This document shows positions 28,604-37,826 of a stretch of DNA of 64,000 nucleotides, piece by piece. Made by a program: the position numbers and the translations under genes. Under the pieces are notes generated by a model that saw nothing but the letters and a program-made list of their open reading frames with translations, was not told the origin of the DNA and made no database searches. This DNA comes from Candidatus Nanohaloarchaea archaeon (lineage in GTDB: Archaea > Nanohalarchaeota > Nanosalinia > Nanosalinales > Nanosalinaceae), in assembly GCA_042218325.1 (NCBI GenBank), contig JBDGRE010000001.1:68356-132355 (forward strand), in the 5' to 3' direction. Numbering within the stretch: position 1 is the stretch's first letter; the number at the start of each line of letters is the position of its first letter.

Positions 28604-29312
28604 TGTCTGCTGTTCCCTCCTTGTTTCCTGATTTTCGTGCCGCGATGGAGCCTACCTTGCTACCAGGCGAGGCATGCCTCGAGACAGTTTTCGGCTGACC
28701 TGGTTTTGCGGAACCACCGAACGGGTGGTCGACCGCGTTCATGGCGACCGCACGGACGTTCGGGTATTTGTGGCCCTTCGCCTTCATGGCCTTGTGCTTG
28801 TTGCCGGCCTTCACGAACGGCTTGTCCTTTCTTCCGCCGCCCGCGACCTTTCCTACAGTGGCGCGGCATCCTGTATCCAGTTTTTTGAACTCTCCGCTCG
28901 GAAGCTTGATTCTCACGCCGTCCTGCTCGTGGGTCACGACGAAAGCGTAGGTGCCGGATGAACGGACGAGCTGCCCGCCGCTGCTTGGCTGGGTCTCGAT
29001 GTTATGAATCGGGACACCCTCCGGGATCTCTCCTACAGGAAGAACGTTGCCCTCCTCGATTTCCGCGGAGACACCTACCTCTATGGTGTCGCCGACCTGG
29101 AGGTTCTCCGGCGCCAGAACGTTACGTACCTCTTCATCGTCGAAATCGACGACCGCTACCGGTGCGCTTCTCGCAGGGTCGTGTACTATATCTATCACTT
29201 CGCCCGTCGTCTCTGCGTTCCTGTGCTCTACGTCTCCTTTCCCGTGGTGGGAGTTAGCTGTCCACGTGGAGCTTGCTTTTCCTCTTCTCTGCTGTCTCAG
29301 TGGGCTTCCCAT
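28596..29312 (-). CDS. rpl2: 50S ribosomal protein L2
   Basis: QRRGK, HDPARSAPVA, VRAVAMNAVDHPFGG. Confidence 0.96.
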   Translation of the reverse strand: MGSPLRQQRRGKASSTWTANSHHGKGDVEHRNAETTGEVIDIVHDPARSAPVAVVDFDDEEVRNVLAPENLQVGDTIEVGVSAEIEEGNVLPVGEIPEGVPIHNIETQPSSGGQLVRSSGTYAFVVTHEQDGVRIKLPSGEFKKLDTGCRATVGKVAGGGRKDKPFVKAGNKHKAMKAKGHKYPNVRAVAMNAVDHPFGGSAKPGQPKTVSRHASPGSKVGSIAARKSGNKEGTADNE

Positions 29313-29321
29313 CTTATCACT

Positions 29322-29594
29322 TTAAATCATTCCGAGCTTGGTCGCGACATCCATCGCGTCGTCAGCTTCGGATAGACTAACGAAGGCCTTTTTCTTGGCC
29401 TGTGGTGTTACCATGGTGTTTACTTTTTTAACCTCTACATCGAACAGCGTCTCCACCGCGTCCTGCACCTGGTTCTTGTTCGCGTCGATGTCGACCATCA
29501 GCACGAGCTGGTTGTGCTCGTCGACCTTGTCCATCGACTTCTCCGTCAGGTGCGGGTTCTCGATTATCTCCCAGGCTCTTTCTTCTTCCATCAT
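29322..29594 (-). CDS. rpl23: 50S ribosomal protein L23
   Basis: PHLTEKSM, VETLFDVEVKKVNT, KKAFV; start at ATG 29594 after GAGGTG. Confidence 0.93.
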   Translation of the reverse strand: MMEEERAWEIIENPHLTEKSMDKVDEHNQLVLMVDIDANKNQVQDAVETLFDVEVKKVNTMVTPQAKKKAFVSLSEADDAMDVATKLGMI

Positions 29595-29601
29595 CGCCAC
29601 C

Positions 29602-30360
29602 TCAGTCGAGGAAGAGCTCCTCTTCCTCAAGTCTTTCCAGTGCGTCCTCGCTCCAGACCACAAGCCGTCCTGGCTGTGCACCTGGTGCGAGAAGCTCTGC
29701 GTTAAGGTTTTCGACTCTTGCAACTTCTACACCAGCGAGGTTGCTGGCTGCGTCGACCGCGTTGCTTTCGCCGGAGACGACCAGTAGCGGCCCTACCTTC
29801 CGGCGGTACTTCCGGCCGCGGTTCGCTCCTCTTCCGGCACGAATCTTCTTCTCCTTTACTCTCTCGAGCTCGTCTTCGAGGCCGAGCTCCTCGAGCCTAT
29901 CTTTCAGCTCCGTGGTCTTCTCTATCTCCTCGAGGTCGTCGACGAGCGGTAGCTCGCCGTCGTAATCGTGATTTTCGCTGACGAACTTTTCGTGGTTCGA
30001 GGCCGCGATGCCCGACCTGATGGCCTTGCGTCGCTCCTTGTCGTTTATCTCTTCTGTCCAGTCCTTGTCGCTGTCAGGGCCGTGCGCCCTTCTACCGCCC
30101 CGCGTATTCGGGGCCTCTGCGCCCTCCCCGAGCAGTTGCGAGCCGCGGCCCATCATGATCTTCCTCGGGGTCCGGGACTGTCCGCGGCCTTTCTGCGAGC
30201 GGTACGCGTTGTTCCGCTTCTTCCAGCGGGTGACATGCTTCAGGCCCGCTTCTTTGTCGTTCCCGTACGCCTGCCTGTTCTTGGATTGAATCGACAGGAC
30301 GGCGCGCTTCATGATGTCGGGGCGGACACGTTCGTCGAACTGTACCGGTAGGTCTGTCAC
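29602..30360 (-). CDS. rpl4: 50S ribosomal protein L4
   Basis: RPDIMKRAV, GGRRAH, INDKERRKAIRS, LAPGAQPGRL. Confidence 0.95.
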   Translation of the reverse strand: MTDLPVQFDERVRPDIMKRAVLSIQSKNRQAYGNDKEAGLKHVTRWKKRNNAYRSQKGRGQSRTPRKIMMGRGSQLLGEGAEAPNTRGGRRAHGPDSDKDWTEEINDKERRKAIRSGIAASNHEKFVSENHDYDGELPLVDDLEEIEKTTELKDRLEELGLEDELERVKEKKIRAGRGANRGRKYRRKVGPLLVVSGESNAVDAASNLAGVEVARVENLNAELLAPGAQPGRLVVWSEDALERLEEEELFLD

Positions 30361-30416
30361 TCGAAAACACCTCGGGTGTTTTCTACGTGTGCTGAAAATC
30401 TTGTATTTTCGCTCAT
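30357..30416 (-). repeat. 60-nt two-hairpin element / 19-aa mini-ORF, copy 2 (rpl3-rpl4 junction)
   Basis: ATGAGCGAAAATACAAGATTTTCAGCACACGTAGAAAACACCCGAGGTGTTTTCGAGTGA = MSENTRFSAHVENTRGVFE*. Confidence 0.75.
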
Positions 30417-30423
30417 TTGTTAA

Positions 30424-31392
30424 TCACTTCTCGATGTGTGTTATCTCTGGTTCTCCTGGTTTTTCGTCCTTTCTCAGTGCGGTTCGCAGCCGGACGAGTC
30501 TCTCCGCCGGCCCGGGAACCGAGCCCTTGACGAGTATGTAGTTGGACTTGACTTCGCCGTAGTTCTTGAAGCCTCCCTCGCGCTGGACTTGCTCCGCGTC
30601 TCCGTGGTCAAGTATGCGCTTGTTCAGCTCCGTACGGTTGTTATAACCCTGCTGGCCTGGAAGAGGAACCTTCCACGAGAGCTTGTCAGGGTGCCACGGG
30701 CCGACGTTTCCGGCCTTTCTCCGCTTCTTCTGCGTCTTGTGGCCCAGCTTCCTGATACCGTAGCGCTTTACCGGGCCCTCCACGCCTTTACCTTTCGAGA
30801 CAGCGACTACGTCGCTGTACTCTCCGGGCTCGAAGACGTCGTTGAACTCGATTTCCTTTCCGATCATCTCTTCAGCGTACTCAAGCTGCTCCTCGACTTC
30901 GCCGCCCATCGCCACCTCGAAGTTGGCGGGTTTCTTCTTGCTGAGCCCCGCGCGCTGTGGCTGGGTGTGGACGAGAAGCCGGACTTCCGAAAGCTCGTCG
31001 CTTATCTCTTTGGCGTCCTCGAAGTTATCCATGTTGCCCTCCTTCGGAACGTCGGTGGCTCTTTGAAGTTCCTTCGAGGGCGAATCGGTCCACGCCTCGG
31101 TGAAGACCTGCTTGCCTGAGTTGAGGTCCTCAGTGTAGAAACGCGCGCCGTAAACTCGTAGCGGCGGCGCTTCGAGTATCGTTACCGGTGTCGCCTTCTC
31201 CCGGCCCTCGGTCGCGCCCTCGGTGTCGTCTATCATCAGGACACGGGTCATGCCGACCTTATATCCCCCGAAACCAAGAGGTTTCAACTCGTCGGTCTCC
31301 TCCCATGTATCTATCTCTGGGTAGATCTTCTGCGCTCTTACCTTGGGCTTGAACCCGAGCGAACCGCTTCTTGGTCTGTTAACGTCTGACAT
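30424..31392 (-). CDS. rpl3: 50S ribosomal protein L3
   Basis: PRSGSLGF, GYKVGMT, KGKG..GPVKRYG, GPWHP, KGSVPGP; start at ATG 31392 after GGAGGAG. Confidence 0.96.
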   Translation of the reverse strand: MSDVNRPRSGSLGFKPKVRAQKIYPEIDTWEETDELKPLGFGGYKVGMTRVLMIDDTEGATEGREKATPVTILEAPPLRVYGARFYTEDLNSGKQVFTEAWTDSPSKELQRATDVPKEGNMDNFEDAKEISDELSEVRLLVHTQPQRAGLSKKKPANFEVAMGGEVEEQLEYAEEMIGKEIEFNDVFEPGEYSDVVAVSKGKGVEGPVKRYGIRKLGHKTQKKRRKAGNVGPWHPDKLSWKVPLPGQQGYNNRTELNKRILDHGDAEQVQREGGFKNYGEVKSNYILVKGSVPGPAERLVRLRTALRKDEKPGEPEITHIEK

Positions 31393-31606
31393 ACTGTTAT
31401 CTCCTCCTTTACCTGTTCCAGAGGCCTCGACTGAGGCTTGTCCACCTGACAAATTCGAAACTCCCTTCAGGAGTTTCTGCGAACCCGCAGCTTGATGTTC
31501 CGGGTAGGGTGGTAACTCATCGGTCACAGACAAATCTTATAAATGGGTCGAAGACGCTGTTCCCGTTCCTTCCCTCGGCGCTCTTTTATTCGTCAGGTCC
31601 ACAGGT

Positions 31607-32467
31607 ATGCGTATGCTAAAGGCGGAAAACCTGTCGAAGAGCTACGGTGAAACCCGGGCGGTACAAGACCTCAGTTTCCAGGTCGAGAAGGGAGAGATAG
31701 TCGGTCTTATCGGCCCGAACGGTGCAGGCAAGTCGACCACGATGGAGATGTGTGCCGGGCTGCTGCAGCCGGACTCCGGCCGGGTAAAGGCGGAAAGCAG
31801 CCTGAAACAGTGCGTCGGGATCGTATTTCAGTCGCTCGAGATGCGGCCCAAGATAACCGTCGAGGAGTTCCTAGGGCTGATGAAAACGCTGAACAGCTCC
31901 GGCGCCGATATACAGGAAGCGTTGCGGGACGTAGCCCTTGATGAGAGCGATGCATGGGTCGAGGAGCTTTCCGGCGGCCAGAAAAAGAAGCTGAACATCG
32001 CGTCCGCTCTCGTCAAACAGCCCGACTACCTGCTGCTTGACGAGTCTGCCGCGGGCCTGGACGTCCAGAGCCGGACCGCTCTCGAGGCCGTTATCGAAGA
32101 GCTCGGTGAGGAACACGGCGTTCTCCTGAGCACGCACTCGATGGAGATAGCGGAAAGACTGTGCGACCGCGTAGTTATACTCCGCGACGGCAAGAAGATC
32201 GTCGAGGGCGGGATGGACGAACTGCTGGATGGTATAGACGCGCAGTATGTGGTAAGCGGAGAAGGCGAGGTACCTCAAAGTTACATAGAAAACGCGCGCG
32301 TGAGTGGAGACTACTTCGAGATATTTTGCGACAGGCCGCACGAGGTGCTGAAACACATGGTCGAAACGGGGAAAATCGAGGGAATCGACGATATAGCGGT
32401 CGACAGGCCGGGCCTTGAGGAGGTCTATCTCGACGCGACGGGTGAGCGTTATGAGGAAAGTAGCTGA
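31607..32467 (+). CDS. ABC transporter ATP-binding protein (multidrug/ABC-2 type)
   Basis: GPNGAGKST, LSGGQ, LLLDE, STH. Confidence 0.9.
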   Translation: MRMLKAENLSKSYGETRAVQDLSFQVEKGEIVGLIGPNGAGKSTTMEMCAGLLQPDSGRVKAESSLKQCVGIVFQSLEMRPKITVEEFLGLMKTLNSSGADIQEALRDVALDESDAWVEELSGGQKKKLNIASALVKQPDYLLLDESAAGLDVQSRTALEAVIEELGEEHGVLLSTHSMEIAERLCDRVVILRDGKKIVEGGMDELLDGIDAQYVVSGEGEVPQSYIENARVSGDYFEIFCDRPHEVLKHMVETGKIEGIDDIAVDRPGLEEVYLDATGERYEESS

Positions 32468-33185
32468 GCTTCTGAAGATTTACTTCATGAACAAGCTGCG
32501 CCGACCTTTAACCGTGGCTATGTCGCTTCTCTGGGCGCTGGCGTTCTTCGTTTTCCTTTACTTCGTCTTCGAGACAGGCGGCCTCAGCTTCGGGAAAGAA
32601 GGCTTCTCGAACTCTTTCGTCGCCTCATACCTCGTCTTCGTACCCGCGTACATAGGCGTATTCGGGGTCCTCCATGGTGTGCTTGAGGACAGCGATTCGG
32701 GGCTGCTCAAGGCGTACCGGGGCACACGGATGGAGAAGTACGAGTACTTCACCGCCAAGATCGCCGCTTCCTCAGTCTCCGGCCTCGCGGTCGCGGCGCT
32801 CATACTCGGCCTGGCATCGTACCTCTCCCCGGTAACGGTCAGCCTTCCACTCGCCTTCATGGCTGTGCTCGCCACGGTTGTCGCTCATTCCGGCATCGCT
32901 CTCGTAACCGCGTCACTGTCGAAGGATACGCAGGAATCCCGGATGGTGGTGCAGACATTCGTGATAGTACTCATCGCCGGCACACCTGTTTTCTACCCGG
33001 AGACTCTTCTTCCCGGGTCTGTGAGGATATTGCAGCAGCTGATACCACTGACGCACAGCATAGAGCTTTCAAGGGCGCTGGTGCAGCAGCAGGCGACAGC
33101 AGGATTCATAATCGAGAAAACAGCGGTGCTCGTAGGCTTCTCAGCGGTCCTGATAGGCGCCGCCTATCGAAGGTTCGATTTCTAG
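32451..33185 (+). CDS. ABC-2 type permease
   Basis: Six TM helices, PVFYP..LP...IPLTH. Confidence 0.85.
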   Translation: MRKVAELLKIYFMNKLRRPLTVAMSLLWALAFFVFLYFVFETGGLSFGKEGFSNSFVASYLVFVPAYIGVFGVLHGVLEDSDSGLLKAYRGTRMEKYEYFTAKIAASSVSGLAVAALILGLASYLSPVTVSLPLAFMAVLATVVAHSGIALVTASLSKDTQESRMVVQTFVIVLIAGTPVFYPETLLPGSVRILQQLIPLTHSIELSRALVQQQATAGFIIEKTAVLVGFSAVLIGAAYRRFDF

Positions 33186-36028
33186 CCCTTGATGTTCGCG
33201 ACCGGCTTCATCCTCGCGACCTTCTTCCCGATACCCAGTTCGTCGCTTACACGGATGACCTCGTCCACGTCCTTGTAGGCGCCGGGCGCCTCCTCCGCGA
33301 CGGTCTCTCCCGAGGCCGCTCGGACGTAGACACCGTCACGCTCCAGCTCTTTCTGCAGCCGCTCGCCGCGGTAATCCTTCTTGGCCTGTGTCCGCGACTT
33401 GAGTCTTCCCGCGCCGTGGGCGGTCGACCCGAACGATAGCTCCAGTGATTTCTCGCCACCGGAAAGTATGTAGGATGAGGTGCCCATCGTTCCCGGCAGC
33501 AGAACCGGCTGTCCCACGCTGCTGTACGCCTCGGGAACCTCCTCGCGGCCGGCCGGCATCGCCCGGGTCGCTCCCTTCCGGTGCACGAGAACTTCTTTCT
33601 TCTCTCCATCGACAGTATGGGTCTCCTGCTTGGCGATGTTGTGGCAGACATCGTAGACGAGGTCGACCTGCGTATCGTCGAACAGCAGGCCCAGCGCCTC
33701 GCGAATGGCCTCGGTCATGGCCTGCCTGTTGGCCCAGGCGAAGTTGGCGGCGGCGTTCATCGCGTCCCAGTAGTCCTGCGCCAGCTCGTCTCCTATAGGC
33801 GCGTATATCAGCTCCTTGTCCGGTATCTCCTCGACTATCTCCGGGTACTCCTTCTCGAACTTTCTCAGGTACTCCGTGCATGTTTGATGTCCGAGCCCGC
33901 GGGAGCCCGAGTGTATCATTATGACGACCTGGTCTTCCTGCAGGCCGTAAGCTTCGGCCCTGTCCTCGTCGTACAGCTCCGCGACCCTCTGCACCTCGAG
34001 GAAGTGGTTGCCGCTTCCCAGCGAGCCGACCTGGTTTACGCCGCGCTTGATGGCATCCTGCGGCACCTTTTCCGGGTCCCCGGGAAGTTTCCCGTTCTCC
34101 TCGCAGTGCTCCAGATCAGCTTTTCGGGCGTGACCGTTCTCCAGCATCCACTCCATGCCTTTCTCAAGTATCTCTCGCAGGTCTTCCTCGTCGGTATCGA
34201 TGTAGCCTCCGCCGCCGAGACCGCAGGGGACTTTATCGTACAGCAGGTTCGCCAGCTGCTTCTCCCGGCCCTTCACGTCGCTGTACTCGAGATTCGTTCT
34301 CAGTACGCGGACGCCGCAGTTGGAGACGACAAACTGGTCAGCGATGAAGTTGTGTTTTTCATGTCTTACACCTATGTCGTATACAGTCTCGGTTCCTTTC
34401 TCATCGATGGATTTTATAGTCGATTTTACTGTGAGATTGTCCTTGACTTCCAGGTCTCTTCTGTATTCCTCATAACTCGGAAAGCTCTTCGGAGGTCGAG
34501 AAATGGTTTTCCTTCCGCTGTAGATCCTTCTCTCGATGAACCTTTCGTTTATTTCGAACTTCTGCTTGATTTCCTGAGGTTGGGTTCCATTTTTGTAGAG
34601 CTGGACGCATTTTTCGGCTATCCTTTCTCTCTGTTCGATTGCTTTCTGCTTGGTCTTTAGGTACTGGATGGCCTTGACGGCTTTCTTTCTTTTTTCGAGG
34701 TTGTATCTGTAGCCGACTTCGGAGAGGAATTTGATTAGATTCTCGCTGTTGTTCTTTATACCGAGCCGGAACCTGGTTACCTCTCCGTCTTCGTTTTCCT
34801 CGGTCTTCATGCTTTCTATCTGGTTGGTATCGATCTCCAGTCTTCCGAGGTAATCCCTGATTTCCTGCATGAACTTTCTGCCTGATTCTCTCTTCTCGCT
34901 TGCCTTGTTCTGTGATATCTTCGGACAGTAGAAGTTTTTGTCGTGCTGTGCTTTCGGCGAACTCATCTCTGCGCCGAAGAAGGCGGAAAGGTACAGGGCC
35001 AGCTGCCAGTCCTCAACTCTCGACAGATATCTGGGTGTAGTGAACTCTTCCTGAGTCTTCTTGCCCTCAGGTGTTCCGAGCTTCATGAGCAGTTTCTTGA
35101 ACGCCCTGGAGGTTGACTTTACGCTGTGTTCAGTTCTCTCAAACTGACTTCCTTTGTGGTTATGCTCCCTTTCTCTTGAGTAGATTTTTGACGGTTTGAA
35201 GCCTAGTTCCTTGATATCATCTCTGATTTTTTCCAGATCTTCTGGTTCTGCATAGAACCACGTGTCGCCTGAGTTATTGACGGATCCATCGCCGGTATGG
35301 AACCCTGCAAGTTTCAGGAGGATGTTGAACTCTCTGTCGGTTGATTTCAGGGGTAGAAGGTCTCTTTCCTTTAGAGCTTGTACCAGTAGCTTGTTTTCTT
35401 CTATGAAATCCTCCTCCGACAGAACTGTGAACTCTTCTGGTTCCGAGTTCTCGATTCCTCTGAAAGGTCTGAGATAAATCTGTGATCCTTCTGAAAGACT
35501 GTCGAGTTCTACCATTCCTTCGTCCGTCAGGAAAGGATGGTCTCTCGTCGCGGTTATTTTCTCGCCTGTCTCGGTTTCCACCTCAAGGACCTTTCGGCCT
35601 TCTTTCTCTGTAAGAATTTGTATATCCGATTTTGCTGTTTTGCTCCCCGCTACAACTGCGCGATAGTCGTTGAAATCGTCCTTCAGCTCCCCTATTTCTT
35701 TTCTCCTTCCGAACTCCACAAGAACTTCGGAATCTCCGGATAAGCAGTTGATGTCGTAGCCGATACCGCCCGGGCTGATGACGCCGTTCTCCATGTCGAC
35801 CGCCGCCACGCCGCCTATCGGGAACCCGTAGCCCTGGTGACCGTCAGGCATCACGATGGAGTGCTCCTGTATGCCAGGCAGGGTCGCGACGTTCTTCACC
35901 TGTTCAAGGGTCTTGTCCTGTTTTATCTCCTCAAGAAGCGACTCCGAGGCGTATATCCTCGCCGGGACATTCATGTCCCCCTCTTTTTCTATCTCGTATA
36001 CGTTCTCGGAAACTTTCTGTGGTTCCAT
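33182..36028 (-). CDS. rtcB: RNA ligase RtcB containing an intein
   Basis: MPDGHQGYGFPIGGV, GYDIN|CGVR, GSLGSGNHFLE, HSGSRG, HRKGATRA, HGAGR, EEAPGAYK. Confidence 0.95.
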   Translation of the reverse strand: MEPQKVSENVYEIEKEGDMNVPARIYASESLLEEIKQDKTLEQVKNVATLPGIQEHSIVMPDGHQGYGFPIGGVAAVDMENGVISPGGIGYDINCLSGDSEVLVEFGRRKEIGELKDDFNDYRAVVAGSKTAKSDIQILTEKEGRKVLEVETETGEKITATRDHPFLTDEGMVELDSLSEGSQIYLRPFRGIENSEPEEFTVLSEEDFIEENKLLVQALKERDLLPLKSTDREFNILLKLAGFHTGDGSVNNSGDTWFYAEPEDLEKIRDDIKELGFKPSKIYSREREHNHKGSQFERTEHSVKSTSRAFKKLLMKLGTPEGKKTQEEFTTPRYLSRVEDWQLALYLSAFFGAEMSSPKAQHDKNFYCPKISQNKASEKRESGRKFMQEIRDYLGRLEIDTNQIESMKTEENEDGEVTRFRLGIKNNSENLIKFLSEVGYRYNLEKRKKAVKAIQYLKTKQKAIEQRERIAEKCVQLYKNGTQPQEIKQKFEINERFIERRIYSGRKTISRPPKSFPSYEEYRRDLEVKDNLTVKSTIKSIDEKGTETVYDIGVRHEKHNFIADQFVVSNCGVRVLRTNLEYSDVKGREKQLANLLYDKVPCGLGGGGYIDTDEEDLREILEKGMEWMLENGHARKADLEHCEENGKLPGDPEKVPQDAIKRGVNQVGSLGSGNHFLEVQRVAELYDEDRAEAYGLQEDQVVIMIHSGSRGLGHQTCTEYLRKFEKEYPEIVEEIPDKELIYAPIGDELAQDYWDAMNAAANFAWANRQAMTEAIREALGLLFDDTQVDLVYDVCHNIAKQETHTVDGEKKEVLVHRKGATRAMPAGREEVPEAYSSVGQPVLLPGTMGTSSYILSGGEKSLELSFGSTAHGAGRLKSRTQAKKDYRGERLQKELERDGVYVRAASGETVAEEAPGAYKDVDEVIRVSDELGIGKKVARMKPVANIKG
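34319..35746 (-). mobile_element. Intein (476 aa) with LAGLIDADG homing endonuclease
   Basis: Starts CLSGDS, block B ATRDHPF, LAGFHTGDG and YLSAFFGAE motifs, ends VYDIGV..HNFIADQFVVSN before Cys+1; visibly AT-richer than flanks. Confidence 0.92.
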
Positions 36029-36119
36029 GGATACAAATACCTGGCTTAACTTTTTACAATCTGCAATGCTGTATTACAGAACTGGTGTTCAGGCTTTTTT
36101 ATGGAAGATTTGTATTACA

Positions 36120-36533
36120 TCAGATGTCGAGCACGGCCTCGATGACCCATTCTCCATCGCCTTGCTCGACCTTCATCTCGTTATAGGTCGGGCCCTTGAC
36201 GTCGAGGTAGGAGCCGCCGGGATCGAGCTTGTCGGTCATGATGTCTGCGGTCAGCGCGTAGCCGTGCTTCTTCTCCTCGATTTCCAGGTTCTCGGCCTCA
36301 CGTACGGTCACTCCCTCCGTGTCCTGTAGAAGGATCAGCCGGTCCATGAAGTCGAACAGCAGTGCCTCGAGGTTCTCCGACTCGACCTCGATTTCGTGGC
36401 GTACTTGGCCTCTCTCGCCGTCTCCTACTATCTCGGCGAAACCCATCACTGTTTCTGAAAACGCCTCTTCGAGTGTTTCGCCCGTTGCGCGGAACTTGGC
36501 GTCGGCAGTGTGTTCGAGTATCTCGTATCCCAT
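36120..36533 (-). CDS. Archease
   Basis: YEILEHTAD, VKGPTY, VLDI; adjacent to rtcB. Confidence 0.92.
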   Translation of the reverse strand: MGYEILEHTADAKFRATGETLEEAFSETVMGFAEIVGDGERGQVRHEIEVESENLEALLFDFMDRLILLQDTEGVTVREAENLEIEEKKHGYALTADIMTDKLDPGGSYLDVKGPTYNEMKVEQGDGEWVIEAVLDI

Positions 36534-36537
36534 CTGT

Positions 36538-37122
36538 TTACCAGGCCTCCCCGGGGAACCGTTCCTGGAGCACGCGGTCCACGAGTTCTTCTTGCTCCTC
36601 GATACTTAATTCAGTGTTGTCCACGACCACGTCGTAGATATCGGGTCGTGGTACCTCTATACCGTAGTACTCTCTGTAACGTTCGTTGTTGTCCTCGTCT
36701 CTTTTCTTGACTTTTGCCTCCGCTTCTTCCTGCTCTATGTTTTCCATCTCCGCAAGCCGCCTCGCCCTTTCCTCGAGGTCGGCGGTCACATATATCGTCA
36801 GGTCCGCGTAGTCGCCCAGCACCCAGGCCGCGAGCCGTCCGTCTATCATGCAGTCCTTTTCCAGGCCTGCCTCCAGTGTTCGGCGATCCACCTCTATATC
36901 GGTTTCCCGGTCTGCCTTTTCGGAAAGCTCTTCCACGGTCATGCCTCGCTCCGCCGCGATTTCCCTGAAGAAATCCCCTGCCGAGACGTGCTCCACGCCT
37001 ATTTCCTGTGCTATATGTTCTGCGAGCGTGCTCTTCCCTGATTTCGACGGGCCTCCTATCGCGATGACGATCTCTGACTCTCTCTGCCTGCCATCCTTGA
37101 ACTCCTCTATCCTGCTTCCCAT
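36538..37122 (-). CDS. cmk: Cytidylate kinase, archaeal type
   Basis: IAIGGPSKSGKST, SAGDFFRE, DGRLAAW, RYREYYGI, YDVVVD. Confidence 0.88.
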   Translation of the reverse strand: MGSRIEEFKDGRQRESEIVIAIGGPSKSGKSTLAEHIAQEIGVEHVSAGDFFREIAAERGMTVEELSEKADRETDIEVDRRTLEAGLEKDCMIDGRLAAWVLGDYADLTIYVTADLEERARRLAEMENIEQEEAEAKVKKRDEDNNERYREYYGIEVPRPDIYDVVVDNTELSIEEQEELVDRVLQERFPGEAW

Positions 37123-37147
37123 GTGAGATGCTTCCTGGGAAGCCGTT

Positions 37148-37477
37148 TTATTCGTTTTCCAGCAGTGAGACTACTTCTGATGCGAACCTGCGCGCCTCTC
37201 TCCTGCTATGGAGCTGCGGTGCCATGACGGAGAGTGCACGCCAGTTGCCTTCCTGCGTCTTGCCGAGCCTGAGCTCTCCCGTGACAACGGGACTGGAGCT
37301 TTTATCGGATTCTTCGCCTGTTAAAGCTGCACTCAATGAGTTCGAGGACACGATTTCGGGAGTCTTGGGGCTCGAGGGGTTACCGGAATGCTGCTCCACT
37401 GCGGCGGGGCTGGACGGGTTGGCGCTTACGCTGTATCTCCGCGTCTCCTCGAACTCGGTCTCGTCGCGGAATACCAC
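37148..37477 (-). CDS. Hypothetical protein
   Basis: Open ORF with GTG start; no recognisable motif. Confidence 0.35.
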   Translation of the reverse strand: MVFRDETEFEETRRYSVSANPSSPAAVEQHSGNPSSPKTPEIVSSNSLSAALTGEESDKSSSPVVTGELRLGKTQEGNWRALSVMAPQLHSRREARRFASEVVSLLENE

Positions 37478-37585
37478 GTTTTAGCGGCCTTCTTCCTCCT
37501 CTATCCATTCGGGTTCCGGCAGCGGCATATGCATCAGAGCGGTGTGGAAAGTGTTAAGCAGAACTGTAAGCGACCGCAAGGAAAG

Positions 37586-37748
37586 CGCCGGGGCTGGGAT
37601 TTGAACCCAGGAGGGCCGGTATGGCCCACCAGCTGGCTGGGTCGAAGCCGGCCTCGGGGATGAGGCGTCTTCTCCAACCTCCAACCCTCCGAGTTCGGGT
37701 AGAAGGTTTTCCAGGCTGGCACGTTCGTCCAGACTCCGTCACCCCGGC
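37586..37748 (-). tRNA. tRNA-Ser(GGA) with 74-nt intron (37635-37708) at 37/38
   Basis: CCAGC-CT-GGA-A|intron|A-GCTGG, long variable arm, G discriminator; BHB helix CTGG/CCAG with AAA and CCA bulges. Confidence 0.9.
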
Positions 37749-37826
37749 ACAGGAATGACGATTATTAGTTGAAGGCAGGGCGGAGATTTTTAACTCAACT
37801 GCTATAGAGCATGCTCGACTCTTGTC

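Noticed and set aside
30424-31533. ORF-track N-terminal extension of L3 (also similar extensions of the dUTPase, DoxX, L23 and rnhB ORFs)
   Set aside because: Homology and SD positions support downstream ATG starts
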